Of a DNA stretch of 64,000 nucleotides, positions 38,728 to 48,668 are shown in pieces. Position 1 is the stretch's first letter, and each line of letters begins with the position of its first letter. Origin of the DNA: Poseidonia sp. Lineage in GTDB: Archaea > Thermoplasmatota > Poseidoniia > Poseidoniales > Poseidoniaceae. Location of the stretch: positions 55,442 to 119,441 of the forward strand of contig JAKMEE010000028.1 of assembly GCA_022426155.1 (NCBI GenBank). The letters run 5' to 3'. Position numbers and translations under genes: made by a program. The notes beneath the pieces were generated by a model. It saw only the letters and a program-made list of their open reading frames with translations. It searched no databases and was not told the origin of the DNA.

Positions 38728-41472
38728 GTGAACAAGATGAGGATGATTCAACACACTCTCGCTTTCCTGCTCGGAACTTTGGTCCTTTCATTGCCTCTCA
38801 CAGGTGCCATTCTCAATGAGCAGACCGCTTTTGAAGAACGACATGAAGGGGTTGATTTCCCAGTTGGTTGGACCGATATCAGGCTTGGAGGCGTCTTTGC
38901 GCCTCAAGTGCGCATGGTTTACCCTGCTATGGAGGCTGGAGAGGATGCAGAGATGGCGGGAAATGGGCCGTTTCCATGGACGGTGTTCATCGGTGATGCA
39001 GGTGAATCTCGTGACAGTTACATGTTGGTTTCAGAATCCTTGGCGAAACGAGGTTTCATCGTCGTTGTAACGGATGCCATGGATTCGGAAACAGATGTTT
39101 CTGAAACATTGATGTTAGCCTCAGACATTGTTGAGGTCATGATCGATCAAAATGAATCGAATGCTTACATCCTTGGCACACCAGGAAACATCGATGTTGA
39201 CCACTGGGGCGTGGGCGGTCATGGAGAAGGTGCAACAGCCGCATATACCATGTTCCCATTCTGGAATGAATCATCGCTCTCAGAATCACAACACCCTCCG
39301 CGTGCCCTGTTCGGTTTGGCCATGGATCTCGCAAACCTTGACGAAGATTACGATATCGCTAAATCGAATTCACAATTTCCAACACCGAATACAGGCTTTT
39401 TCATAACTGGAACCGTCGATGAGGTATCGCCTTCCCAAGAAACGATGGAACAAGTTCGTTCCATGGGTGGAATTGGTTGGCAATGGATGCATTTGTTGGG
39501 TGCAGATCACTACCAGTTCCAAGATTCAACATCATTTTTTGAGAGCGATGGGGATCCAAGCATGAGTCAAAGTGCTCAAATCAATGTTAGCACAACCCAT
39601 GTCGTGGCCTATCTTGACTCTGTTCTTCACGGGGATACATCCCGGTTCCGTGATGCCTTTAATCGAGAACAGGCACACAATATAGTGAGCGATTCCAGTG
39701 CTTATATTGATGAAGATCTTCGACAAAGTTCGTTCTTGCGTTTGAATGACACCACCGTGTCTCATAATTCTACTGTCACACTCAATGCAACGCAAACATT
39801 TGTTATGACTACCAACTGGTCACTTCGCAATGGTGATACATATCTCGATTTGCCGGCTTCATGGACCACAGAGGTCACTTGTGGTTGGAAAGGGCAATCA
39901 TGGATTGCCAACGCTACTTTGGAGAACGCAACAGCATCATGTTCATTCCCGATGCAAACGGTAGCACCAGGATTTCATGAAGCTTGGATGCAAGTCTCTG
40001 TTGAAGGGGCTCCCTCAACCGTACGAGCTCAGATTGCACGTACCAATACACCCATCATTCTCGCCTCTCCCTTGCCGACCATCTATCTTCCACAACATGG
40101 CACAGCCTCACTCAATCTTACAGAAGTAGCCATTGACCCAGATGGGCAAATCGTCCGTGCAACACAAGTGAATATGACCGGTCTGGATGCTGAACACTTT
40201 GAAGCGGCAATCTCCTTAGACGGTACTGTTCTCATCGTTGAGCATGCTCTGGATGAAGAATGGCTTGGAGAAGCCATGCTCAATGTGAGCATGGAAAGTG
40301 ATGGAGGTGTTTTGGATGAAGCCAATGCAATGATTCGAGTCTTAATGCTCCCAGTTGATGACCCCGCAGAGAAAACTGGAATTGTACCCCAAATTACTCT
40401 CGAAGAAGACGGTGTCAGTAAGATATTTGATTTCGGAACAATCATTTCTGACCCTGAAGGAGAACCTCTCATCGCCACCATATCTGGTCAAACATACGGA
40501 GAAACTGAACCGGTTCAATATGCTATACAAGATGGCATTCTTACACTCACTCCGTTGCCCAATGCTAACGGAGGTGTTGTACTCAAAGCCCTCGTAGGCG
40601 ACGGGACAACCCAATGGATTGAAGTTGATGTTCCAGTGCTGGTGGAACCTCGAAATGACCCTGTCATCATCAACGCGACAGAATGGGAGGATATCACCCT
40701 CGACGAAGATTCATCTCATACTCTGATACTCCATACTATGGCTTACGACATAGACGGCGATGTCTTAGTATGGACCTACTCAAACGAGAACGAAGAACTC
40801 CAAATCATCCGTATCCTTGATGAAATTGTAATCACTCCACAACCCGATGTTTTTGGTACATTTACGGATGTCTGGATCAATGTCACAGATGGTGAAAGCA
40901 CCCATAGTGTTGCCTTCCTCGTTAATGTGACTCCAGTTGCAGATTCACCCGTGGTTAGCGTCAACAGTTTATCTCGAATCGATGGAGGAAACACCGCCAC
41001 CATGCAATGGCAGGTCTTCGATGTGGATGGTGAAGTGAACACTCAAGCCCGTGTATTCTTCGGGGCCGACGAGGTAGCAGTGAATCATTCATGTCTGGCA
41101 AGTACCGTTGATTCATTTCAATGTGTGACCCTTCTTCCTATCCCAGAAGGGGTTGATGAATTGATACTTGTTCAAGTCAAAGTGACAGATGAAGCTCTGG
41201 GGCGAGACATTGTTGCGACGTACACCTTCGATCCTGGAATTGGCTCCACTACAACACCTCCAACATCGGATACGACCTCTTCATTCGATTTAGAAACAGA
41301 ATGGGTGGTGGGAGCCCTCGTGCTTGTACTGGCTCTTGGAGTGGGATTGGTTCGTCTCACACGCAAGCCATCCAATGACTCATTTCAACACACCCACTTA
41401 CAGGATTCAGAACCAACCAGTTCGACAGAATCCCAAGGCGGCTTGTTAGCTCGAGCAAAGAATTTCAAATGA
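38728..41472 (+). CDS. Secreted membrane-anchored alpha/beta-hydrolase-fold protein with cadherin-like repeats (nucleophile Ser replaced by Gly)
   Basis: Signal peptide; hydrolase core (GPFPWTVF, LAKRGFIVV, GGHGEG, TGTVD, GADHYQF); EED/DED..DPDG repeats; C-terminal TM. Confidence 0.8.
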   Translation: MNKMRMIQHTLAFLLGTLVLSLPLTGAILNEQTAFEERHEGVDFPVGWTDIRLGGVFAPQVRMVYPAMEAGEDAEMAGNGPFPWTVFIGDAGESRDSYMLVSESLAKRGFIVVVTDAMDSETDVSETLMLASDIVEVMIDQNESNAYILGTPGNIDVDHWGVGGHGEGATAAYTMFPFWNESSLSESQHPPRALFGLAMDLANLDEDYDIAKSNSQFPTPNTGFFITGTVDEVSPSQETMEQVRSMGGIGWQWMHLLGADHYQFQDSTSFFESDGDPSMSQSAQINVSTTHVVAYLDSVLHGDTSRFRDAFNREQAHNIVSDSSAYIDEDLRQSSFLRLNDTTVSHNSTVTLNATQTFVMTTNWSLRNGDTYLDLPASWTTEVTCGWKGQSWIANATLENATASCSFPMQTVAPGFHEAWMQVSVEGAPSTVRAQIARTNTPIILASPLPTIYLPQHGTASLNLTEVAIDPDGQIVRATQVNMTGLDAEHFEAAISLDGTVLIVEHALDEEWLGEAMLNVSMESDGGVLDEANAMIRVLMLPVDDPAEKTGIVPQITLEEDGVSKIFDFGTIISDPEGEPLIATISGQTYGETEPVQYAIQDGILTLTPLPNANGGVVLKALVGDGTTQWIEVDVPVLVEPRNDPVIINATEWEDITLDEDSSHTLILHTMAYDIDGDVLVWTYSNENEELQIIRILDEIVITPQPDVFGTFTDVWINVTDGESTHSVAFLVNVTPVADSPVVSVNSLSRIDGGNTATMQWQVFDVDGEVNTQARVFFGADEVAVNHSCLASTVDSFQCVTLLPIPEGVDELILVQVKVTDEALGRDIVATYTFDPGIGSTTTPPTSDTTSSFDLETEWVVGALVLVLALGVGLVRLTRKPSNDSFQHTHLQDSEPTSSTESQGGLLARAKNFK

Positions 41473-41473
41473 T

Positions 41474-43036
41474 TCAGAGGGGAATGTTCCCATGTTTTTT
41501 GGGAGGTGACCATTCACGCTTTGATTTGAGGATGTTCAAAGCACGACACAGGCGAAGGCGGCTTTCTGAAGGCTCAATCACATCATCAAGCCATCCATTT
41601 CTTGCAGCAACATAAGGGTCGCCAAACTTGGCTTTGTACTCGTCAACCAATCGGAGTCGAACGTTCTCTTTCTCGTCATCTTCCACAGCGTTAATTTCTC
41701 GTCGGTGGATGATATTCACCGCACCTTCTGCCCCCATTACCGCCAACTCTGCTGTTGGCCACGCGACGTTGTAATCGCTTTGCAGATGTTTGCATGACAT
41801 GGCTAGGTAAGCCCCACCGTAGGCCTTCCTTGTAACCAGCGTTAATTTTGGAACGGTTGCTTCAGCATAGGCGAACAGTAATTTTGCTCCATGGCGAATA
41901 ATACCACCCCATTCTTGGACGACACCTGGAAGGAATCCAGGCACGTCTTCAAAGGTGAGCAGTGGAATGTTGAATGCATCACAGGTTCTGATAAAGCGAG
42001 CTGCTTTGATGGAGGCATCGATGTCCAGGCATCCTGCAAGGACCTTTGGTTGGTTTCCAATCACGCCAACCGTCATGCCGTTCATTCTCGCATATCCAAC
42101 AATGATGTTGTCTGCATAGGCTGCAAACAATTCCATGAAGATTCCATCATCAACCACTTCCTCAACCACTGAAACCATATCGTATGGCTTGTTTGGATTA
42201 TCTGGGACAATGTCTTGCAATGTCTCATTGCTTCGATCGATTGGGTCTGCTGTTGCCTCAACTGGAGGGTCAGCCATGTTGTGATCTGGCAGATAGGAAA
42301 GGAGGGTTCGTGCCAGTTCGCATGCATCGTCCTCATCCTCGGCGATGAGTGATGCGATTCCCGAGCGCGAGGCATGTAAATTCGCCCCGCCTAATCCGGC
42401 AGCGTCGACTTCACCACTGATCACTTCCGGAGTTTCGAGAGGAGATGAAAGGAATAGTTGACCGTGTTCTTCACCCAAGATGGTGAAGTCGGAGAGCGAG
42501 GCTGCGAGAGCCGATGCTCCCACGACGGGGCCTAATACAACACTAATGATGGGGATTCGACCGCTGCATTGCACCAAACGGTCAAGCAATTCACCAGTTC
42601 CTGCTAGCGCACGTACGCCGTCCTGCGCTCGTTGGCCTCCACCGTCCCATAAAGCGATCAAAGGTGCTTTTGATCGTTCAGCCATCTCAACAATTTTGGC
42701 GATTTTCAGTGCGTGCATCTCCCCCATGCTTCCACCGTGGACGCTGAAATCTTGGGCAAAGCAATAGATGCGACGGCCGTCGACCGTTCCTTGGCCAGCG
42801 ACCACGCCATCACCCAGTGTCTTGTGGAGGAACATGTTGTGGTCGTCGGTTCTGTGAGTCACAAAAGCATCAATTTCGAGGAATGAATCCTCGTCCAATA
42901 ACAAGGACAAGCGATCACGGGCGGTTCCACGACCGCTGGAGCGAATGGCTTCTTGACGCTTCAAACCTCCACCGAGCCTCGCCGCCTCTTGTTTGGCTCT
43001 GAGGTCCTCCAGCAGGTCTTCGGAACGCCCCTCCAT
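41474..43036 (-). CDS. Acyl-CoA carboxylase carboxyltransferase (beta) subunit
   Basis: GDGVVAG, AQDFSVHGGS, GNQP, DVPGFLPG, RKAYGGAY, WPTAELAVMG, KKHGNIPL. Start placed at MEGRSE. Confidence 0.95.
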   Translation of the reverse strand: MEGRSEDLLEDLRAKQEAARLGGGLKRQEAIRSSGRGTARDRLSLLLDEDSFLEIDAFVTHRTDDHNMFLHKTLGDGVVAGQGTVDGRRIYCFAQDFSVHGGSMGEMHALKIAKIVEMAERSKAPLIALWDGGGQRAQDGVRALAGTGELLDRLVQCSGRIPIISVVLGPVVGASALAASLSDFTILGEEHGQLFLSSPLETPEVISGEVDAAGLGGANLHASRSGIASLIAEDEDDACELARTLLSYLPDHNMADPPVEATADPIDRSNETLQDIVPDNPNKPYDMVSVVEEVVDDGIFMELFAAYADNIIVGYARMNGMTVGVIGNQPKVLAGCLDIDASIKAARFIRTCDAFNIPLLTFEDVPGFLPGVVQEWGGIIRHGAKLLFAYAEATVPKLTLVTRKAYGGAYLAMSCKHLQSDYNVAWPTAELAVMGAEGAVNIIHRREINAVEDDEKENVRLRLVDEYKAKFGDPYVAARNGWLDDVIEPSESRLRLCRALNILKSKREWSPPKKHGNIPL

Positions 43037-43073
43037 GCATCTTCCACTCCGTGCAGGTTCTTGATTCAAACGC

Positions 43074-44429
43074 TTACTCAAACAGGTTATTCTGATGTTC
43101 GCCACAGAGATTTTGGGTGAGTGTATTCACAGGGTCTTTGTTCTGGGAGAGCGTCCAATGAAGTTTTGTAATCGTGGTCTCAGGTGCCGAACTAATTCCA
43201 TGTCCAAGCAATCCCATGCTGATTTGCTTCCTTCCTTTGGAATATACATGCATGTCAACAGGTCCATGGATGCATTGGTTGATGATGACCACAGGGAGGT
43301 TACGATTGACACAACGAGTGAGTCCTCGCCAAAGTGCAGTATTCTCAGGAGCATCCTTCTGAGGGTCATCGATCGGTAGATGCCCCAATCCGGTTCCATG
43401 AATCACCACGCCCTGACACCCCGTCCCCACCACTGCTTCGATGTGTTCTGCATGAAGCCAAGGCCCTGCCACAAACTGGGCAATTCGTTGACGTTCCTCG
43501 TACGTGGTTGGTCGTTGAGTCACTTCACGTTCATCTCCGTCGGCACGTTGCTGCTCATATCCTGTGTTCAAAGAAATCTCAAAGCTGCTTCCCTCCAATG
43601 TCATGCGCGCAAGCGGCTGAGCATTCACCGATTGAAATGCGTCTCGGCGTGAAGAATGCAATTTTCTGACAGCAAGACCTGAATGAACTGCCATCACGCC
43701 ATCGCTTTGGCCGTGATGCATGATGACGACGGTTGCGTCGCTTGCATGGCCCGTGGGGAGAGGTCCATGAGCAGCCCAATGTACCGCAGCCAACAGATTC
43801 TCAGTAGCATCCGATGAGCCTCGATCGCTTGAGCGTTGGGAACCAACCAAAGCAATCGGTCCCGCAGGGCGCCCCCCTGTGCCAGCAAATGCGAAAGCCA
43901 GCGCAGCAGATGTGATGTGAAGTGTATCGGTGCCATGAGAAATGACAACGCCTCTGCATCCATCTGCAAATGCTTCATCACAGGCCTTGATCATCAAATT
44001 CCAATGTTGTGGGCGAATGTCATCGCTGAACATATTTCCGATTTTAACTGCCTCTAACTGAGCGATTGATGCCAATTCTGGAATGGCCTCCATCATTTCT
44101 TCTGGCTCGAATTTGGCTTCAACTGCGCCAGTTATGTAATCAACCTTGGATGCGATGGTCCCGCCAGTGTGAATTAAACGAACCCGAGGTAAATGGTCAG
44201 CATTTGATGGTTCAAAAGACGTCTCAGCCATCGGAGTCTCAATTCGTTCTTGAACAGTCCACGATTGAATGGCAGAGGTTGGATAATTGACATTGTATCC
44301 GTTGTCCAATTTCATGGTGAGGTGTTTTGGCGCAGCGGACGGTAATACCAAGCCTTCGTGCGTGCCAGTCCCGTTGAGTGTTTCGACGATGACAGAGATG
44401 CGTTCGCCAAGAGCGGGGAGGTCTTCCAT
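43074..44429 (-). CDS. gatD: Glu-tRNA(Gln) amidotransferase subunit D
   Basis: N-terminal KLDNGYNV domain, TGGTIASKVDY, HGTDTL, GSQRSSDRGSSD, KLHSSRRDAFQS. Confidence 0.96.
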   Translation of the reverse strand: MEDLPALGERISVIVETLNGTGTHEGLVLPSAAPKHLTMKLDNGYNVNYPTSAIQSWTVQERIETPMAETSFEPSNADHLPRVRLIHTGGTIASKVDYITGAVEAKFEPEEMMEAIPELASIAQLEAVKIGNMFSDDIRPQHWNLMIKACDEAFADGCRGVVISHGTDTLHITSAALAFAFAGTGGRPAGPIALVGSQRSSDRGSSDATENLLAAVHWAAHGPLPTGHASDATVVIMHHGQSDGVMAVHSGLAVRKLHSSRRDAFQSVNAQPLARMTLEGSSFEISLNTGYEQQRADGDEREVTQRPTTYEERQRIAQFVAGPWLHAEHIEAVVGTGCQGVVIHGTGLGHLPIDDPQKDAPENTALWRGLTRCVNRNLPVVIINQCIHGPVDMHVYSKGRKQISMGLLGHGISSAPETTITKLHWTLSQNKDPVNTLTQNLCGEHQNNLFE

Positions 44430-44467
44430 ATACTTTGGAGGTCAAGGCGCCACATGAAGGGTTCGCT

Positions 44468-46915
44468 TCACTGAGACAGGTCTTTGATTTTCTCAACCAA
44501 ATCCATACGTCGCAGTCTCCAAACTCCAATCGGTGTCATGGCGATTGCAATCATGATTACACCTCCCATAAGTTGGTAGGCAACACTGGGGACAATCTTT
44601 ACGGGGACAAAGAATTGCCAGGATGAAAACGACGCGGCGAGTCCAATCGCTCCTCCATAGGCAAACATGACGCCCACGATTCCACCAATGATTCCGATCA
44701 GGAGGCTCTCGAACAATAACATCATGCCCAAACTTTTGGTAGATGCACCAAGAACACGTAATGTGGCCAGTTCGAAATCACGTTCAGCTACGTTCATGAT
44801 CATAGTATTGAACATGACAACAACCGTGAACAGCAAACCAAGATACATCATCGTCTGGAAAATCTGGGTCTGCTGGTCGAGCAAACTGTTGATGCCATTG
44901 AGGAGGGTCTGGCGCTCAACAATACCCATGGAGGCCTCTCCTAAATCAGAATCAACCTCGACGCCTTGTGGAAGTTCAAGGTAGACTGAAGTCGCATTGA
45001 CGCCTAAAATCTCGCTCAGATCTTCCCGCAGAAAATACATCGTTCTCGCCAATTCTGCAGACGATGTGGCAACGATCTCGACCTCGGTTTGAGCGCCATT
45101 AAGACTGACTGTTTGCTGCTCTCCAATGCTCCAACCAAGGAACGTCATGCTTCCTTCATCCATCATGACTTGAGGAAGCGTCATGTTTGCTGTAGGTGTA
45201 TTGCCCTCCAAAAGGGAGACGTCACGCATGCCTGTTTCAAATGAGTCAAGGCCTACGAGAGTGAAGGTTCGTTCTATTTCGTCAGCATCAGCAACTGAAC
45301 CAAGTGGCATTTCAATGAGCATTTCATAACTTGCAGCGTTGTTTTCTGCCCAATCCACGACGGGTTGTTCGCCATTTGGCATAATGTAGACTTGCGCATC
45401 CCAAGTTTGGTCGTCCTCAAGAGCGCTGACCATTGTGTCTTGCAAACCAGCTGACATCATTTGAATTGAACCAAACAGCATGAGAGAAATACCGACGGCA
45501 ACAAAGGTCATGGTGAGGCGAACGGGTTTTCGAACGCTTGAACGAATGGAGAGGCCAAGCGTTGTTGGCATCCATGAGGTGAGTTTTTGCAGCACGTTTG
45601 ACCCCACTCGCATCTCGTTTTGACCGCTTAGCACTGCCAAAGGATCGAGGCGGCTTGCTTTCCATGCAGGGAAAGCACCCGAAAAGAACACCACAAGCAT
45701 GGTCGAGCCGATGACAGATGCAACAACCGAAGTTGGCACGGAGCGTTCCACAATCGGGACGCCAACTAAATTTTGGTAAAAGTCCAACATTCCATTCATG
45801 CCACTTGGCCCTGCTAATGCTCCAAGTGCACACCCTAGCCCACCAATCGCCAATGGAGCAATGAGGTAACCTGTCATGAGTGATGAGCGCTTGACCCCTA
45901 GTGTTCGCAGTACTGCGATCTCCTTGGCTTGACTTTGAACCAAGCGTTGAAGACTCAGGACAATGGTGATAGCGGCAATTGAAGCAATCATGACGGTGAA
46001 CGGGACGGTCGTTCGCTTGGTCCCTTCCAAATCCTGTCGCATGACTTCGACGGGTTCGTTTTGCCCCCGGTCTCGAACACGGGCGTCCAACGCTGCTTCG
46101 CCAAGAGCCGAATCGACGAGTTCCTTCACCTCATCAATTTCATCGCCTTCATTTTCGCTGGTATCGGGCAAATCAAACGATGGCGTGCCTTCGATATCCA
46201 ACAGAATCATGTTGCTCGTGCCAAGTACTTCTCCGGTAAGACGAGCCATTCCAGCATCAGAAAGGTAGCCCACGACGTATTGACCTGGCTCGGAAGGGAA
46301 CAACTCACCTTCAGGCGCAAAGAGGATGTGAAGGGGGTGATATCCCGTGCCCACAATCGTGAATTCAGCCGTTGCATTTCCCGCCCCGATACTTACTGTA
46401 TCGCCGAGATGAAGGTCAAGCGCTTCCGTTACGTGAGCATCGATGACAATCTCATCAGCAGCAACAGCAGTTCTGCCTTCAGAATGACCCTCGGGTATCC
46501 AGACACGGTCGGCGTTGGCACCCTCGGCAATGCCATGCCATAGTGAGTTGATGATGTACTGACCGGTATCGTTGGTGTGAAACATCGCGCCTTGAGTTAC
46601 GGTTCGACCCTCACAAGAGTCAAGCGATTGAGAAATGGATGAAGAATCCCACGCAGTTTCCAAAGCTGTACAGAATGAAGTGACCTCCTCTGGAGTCCAA
46701 AGAGCACTGCGGTTGTCGATCCACAGGTCCGCGAGATTCGCCCCCTTTTCATCGTCGGCTTGCATGGTTTCGTACATGCCACCGAGGTTGTGAGCATAGC
46801 CTCCAAAGGTAATGCCGGCAAAAACACCAACAAATACCATCAATACCACGGCCAAAAGTCGTAATTTGGTTCGCCATAGGCTTCGAGCCAAGCGCTTGTT
46901 TAGGAGAGCAGACAT
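44468..46915 (-). CDS. FtsX/MacB-like ABC permease
   Basis: Two FtsX blocks (QAKEIAVLRTLG; ERDFELATLRVLG) with extracytoplasmic domains. Confidence 0.92.
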   Translation of the reverse strand: MSALLNKRLARSLWRTKLRLLAVVLMVFVGVFAGITFGGYAHNLGGMYETMQADDEKGANLADLWIDNRSALWTPEEVTSFCTALETAWDSSSISQSLDSCEGRTVTQGAMFHTNDTGQYIINSLWHGIAEGANADRVWIPEGHSEGRTAVAADEIVIDAHVTEALDLHLGDTVSIGAGNATAEFTIVGTGYHPLHILFAPEGELFPSEPGQYVVGYLSDAGMARLTGEVLGTSNMILLDIEGTPSFDLPDTSENEGDEIDEVKELVDSALGEAALDARVRDRGQNEPVEVMRQDLEGTKRTTVPFTVMIASIAAITIVLSLQRLVQSQAKEIAVLRTLGVKRSSLMTGYLIAPLAIGGLGCALGALAGPSGMNGMLDFYQNLVGVPIVERSVPTSVVASVIGSTMLVVFFSGAFPAWKASRLDPLAVLSGQNEMRVGSNVLQKLTSWMPTTLGLSIRSSVRKPVRLTMTFVAVGISLMLFGSIQMMSAGLQDTMVSALEDDQTWDAQVYIMPNGEQPVVDWAENNAASYEMLIEMPLGSVADADEIERTFTLVGLDSFETGMRDVSLLEGNTPTANMTLPQVMMDEGSMTFLGWSIGEQQTVSLNGAQTEVEIVATSSAELARTMYFLREDLSEILGVNATSVYLELPQGVEVDSDLGEASMGIVERQTLLNGINSLLDQQTQIFQTMMYLGLLFTVVVMFNTMIMNVAERDFELATLRVLGASTKSLGMMLLFESLLIGIIGGIVGVMFAYGGAIGLAASFSSWQFFVPVKIVPSVAYQLMGGVIMIAIAMTPIGVWRLRRMDLVEKIKDLSQ

Positions 46916-46924
46916 GGTAAAACC

Positions 46925-47647
46925 TCACTCCGATGAATCGTTGTTCGTCAGTTCGTCAGAGACAATTTTTCCACTGTCAATTCGGATCACTCTGGTTGCA
47001 TACTTGACTAAGCCTTCGTCGTGCGTGACGAAAACTGAAGTGATGTTTTCTTGCTTGCATGCGCTCACCAAGGCCTCCATCACTTTGTTCGAAGTTTCAG
47101 TATCGAGGTTGCCGGTGAGTTCATCCCCTAGCAAAAGGGTTGGACGCTTTGCAATGCTCCGAGCAATGGCCACCCGTTGCTGCTGGCCTCCGCTGATTTC
47201 ACCAGGAAAACGCTCGACTTCGGCTTCTAGGCCGACGAGTTTCAACAATTCCTTCGCCCGTGCAGGGTCTTTTTTACCAGCCAATTCTTGGATCAAGAGG
47301 ATGTTCTCAAGAACGGTGAGGTCCTGCAGGAGATTGAAGAATTGGAACACATAACCAATATTTTCTCTTCGGAAAGAAGTCATTTTCTCGGAACTATTTC
47401 GGGGGACTGCATTCAACCCTCCCGTTTGTTTGGACATGAAGGTGTACTCGCCACCGGTTGGACTGTCAAGGGCTGAAAGACAATTCAGAAGCGTGGTCTT
47501 TCCTGAGCCCGACGGGCCGAGAAGAATAACACGTTCACCTTCGTGGATTTCAAAACTCACCCCGTCAAGTGCTTTGACGACGCCTGCAGGGGTTTCGTAA
47601 TGCCGTTCTAGATTTTCCATTTGTAATAATTTATTCATTTTATTCAC
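46925..47647 (-). CDS. ABC transporter ATP-binding protein (LolD/MacB family)
   Basis: GPSGSGKT, ISGGQQQRVAIAR, LGDELTGNLD, VTHD. Confidence 0.95.
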   Translation of the reverse strand: MNKMNKLLQMENLERHYETPAGVVKALDGVSFEIHEGERVILLGPSGSGKTTLLNCLSALDSPTGGEYTFMSKQTGGLNAVPRNSSEKMTSFRRENIGYVFQFFNLLQDLTVLENILLIQELAGKKDPARAKELLKLVGLEAEVERFPGEISGGQQQRVAIARSIAKRPTLLLGDELTGNLDTETSNKVMEALVSACKQENITSVFVTHDEGLVKYATRVIRIDSGKIVSDELTNNDSSE

Positions 47648-48267
47648 CTTCTAGCTTCAAAGAGTTGCTTAAACATCTTGAAAAATTTGTCAATCGCTTG
47701 TTGTTCACTCATACACCCCTCTTGCGTTTCTTGCATCAGCCACACCTCATATTCGGTGTTCATGCGAATGAGTACATTGAGGGGGACATCATCACGGATT
47801 GCGCCAATCTCGATTCCGTGTTCGAGAATGGCCATAATGTCACCATACCCACTCAAGCCCTCACATTCTGCGTTCAACTTATGGAAAATAGGGTGATCTG
47901 TCCCCAGTGAAACCAATTGGCGCATGAGGGACATCAGGATTGGGTGCTGAAAAGCGTCATTCCATTGCTTCGATGAAATCGCCATGATTGAATCCCAATA
48001 TGTGGCTTTGTCCTCCGTCAACGGGGATGAAGCCTTTGCAAAACCTAAAGTTCCTGTCGCACGTGCTTCATCGAGAAAACACGTAACAAACAAGTCTTCT
48101 TTATTTTCGAAGTAATAGTACATTGAACCTTTTGAGATGCCTATTTTTTGAATGATTTTGTTGTACGAAGCGCCTTCGAACCCGTTGTCAGAGAATTCAT
48201 GCTTAGAAACATCAAGAATCCTCGTTTTGAGGGATTCATCAATGGATTCATAGCGAGCAAGAGGCAT
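47644..48267 (-). CDS. TetR/AcrR family transcriptional regulator
   Basis: N-terminal HTH: EFSDNGFEGASYNKIIQKIGISKGSMYYYFENKEDLF. Confidence 0.95.
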   Translation of the reverse strand: MPLARYESIDESLKTRILDVSKHEFSDNGFEGASYNKIIQKIGISKGSMYYYFENKEDLFVTCFLDEARATGTLGFAKASSPLTEDKATYWDSIMAISSKQWNDAFQHPILMSLMRQLVSLGTDHPIFHKLNAECEGLSGYGDIMAILEHGIEIGAIRDDVPLNVLIRMNTEYEVWLMQETQEGCMSEQQAIDKFFKMFKQLFEARR

Positions 48268-48268
48268 G

Positions 48269-48295
48269 CGACCAGTTGGTTAGACTGGGTGGTCG
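48269..48295. promoter_or_regulatory. Putative TetR operator (two GACYnnnnGGTY sites)
   Basis: GACCAGTTGGTT and GACTGGGTGGTC in tandem, enclosed by CGACCA...TGGTCG, between a TATA-like TTTATA (minus strand, 48304..48299) and the TetR start codon. Confidence 0.5.
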
Positions 48296-48430
48296 AATAT
48301 AAATTTATTCTTTGTAAAGTTTAGACACAAAGTCGCGAACCCCAATCAAAATGGTATCGCGACCTATCTTGTGACGAATTCACTATGAATTTTTGAGTTT
48401 AAAATGCCACGAGGAAATCCAAACAAATAA

Positions 48431-48560
48431 TGGTGCCGGGAGCGGGGCTCGAACCCGCGACCTTCGGATGTCTCAGACACCGCAAGGGGCTTGCACGTCA
48501 TACGATCGCCTTGGAGGCTGCCCTATGAGTCCGACGCGCTACCAACTACGCCACCCCGGC
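48431..48560 (-). tRNA. tRNA-Met (CAT) with 54-nt intron at 37/38 (48470..48523); CCA encoded
   Basis: Acceptor GCCGGGG/CCCGGC, anticodon stem TCGGA/TCCGA, BHB motif with CTCA/TGAG helix and bulges TA|G and AC|A, T arm GCGGG-TTCGAGC-CCCGC. Confidence 0.93.
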
Positions 48561-48668
48561 CTAACTTGAGCGTGCCACCTTCCCTCTTTGAATAAATCGG
48601 AAGAATTCTCTGTGATAGGACAACACCGAACCGTAGTATTCTAACACCCTCTTGCCCCCCGGTCTAAC

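Noticed and set aside
44430-48431. Integrative element at the tRNA-Met 3' end
   Set aside because: No integrase, and no duplicated tRNA 3' end seen at the gatD-side boundary.
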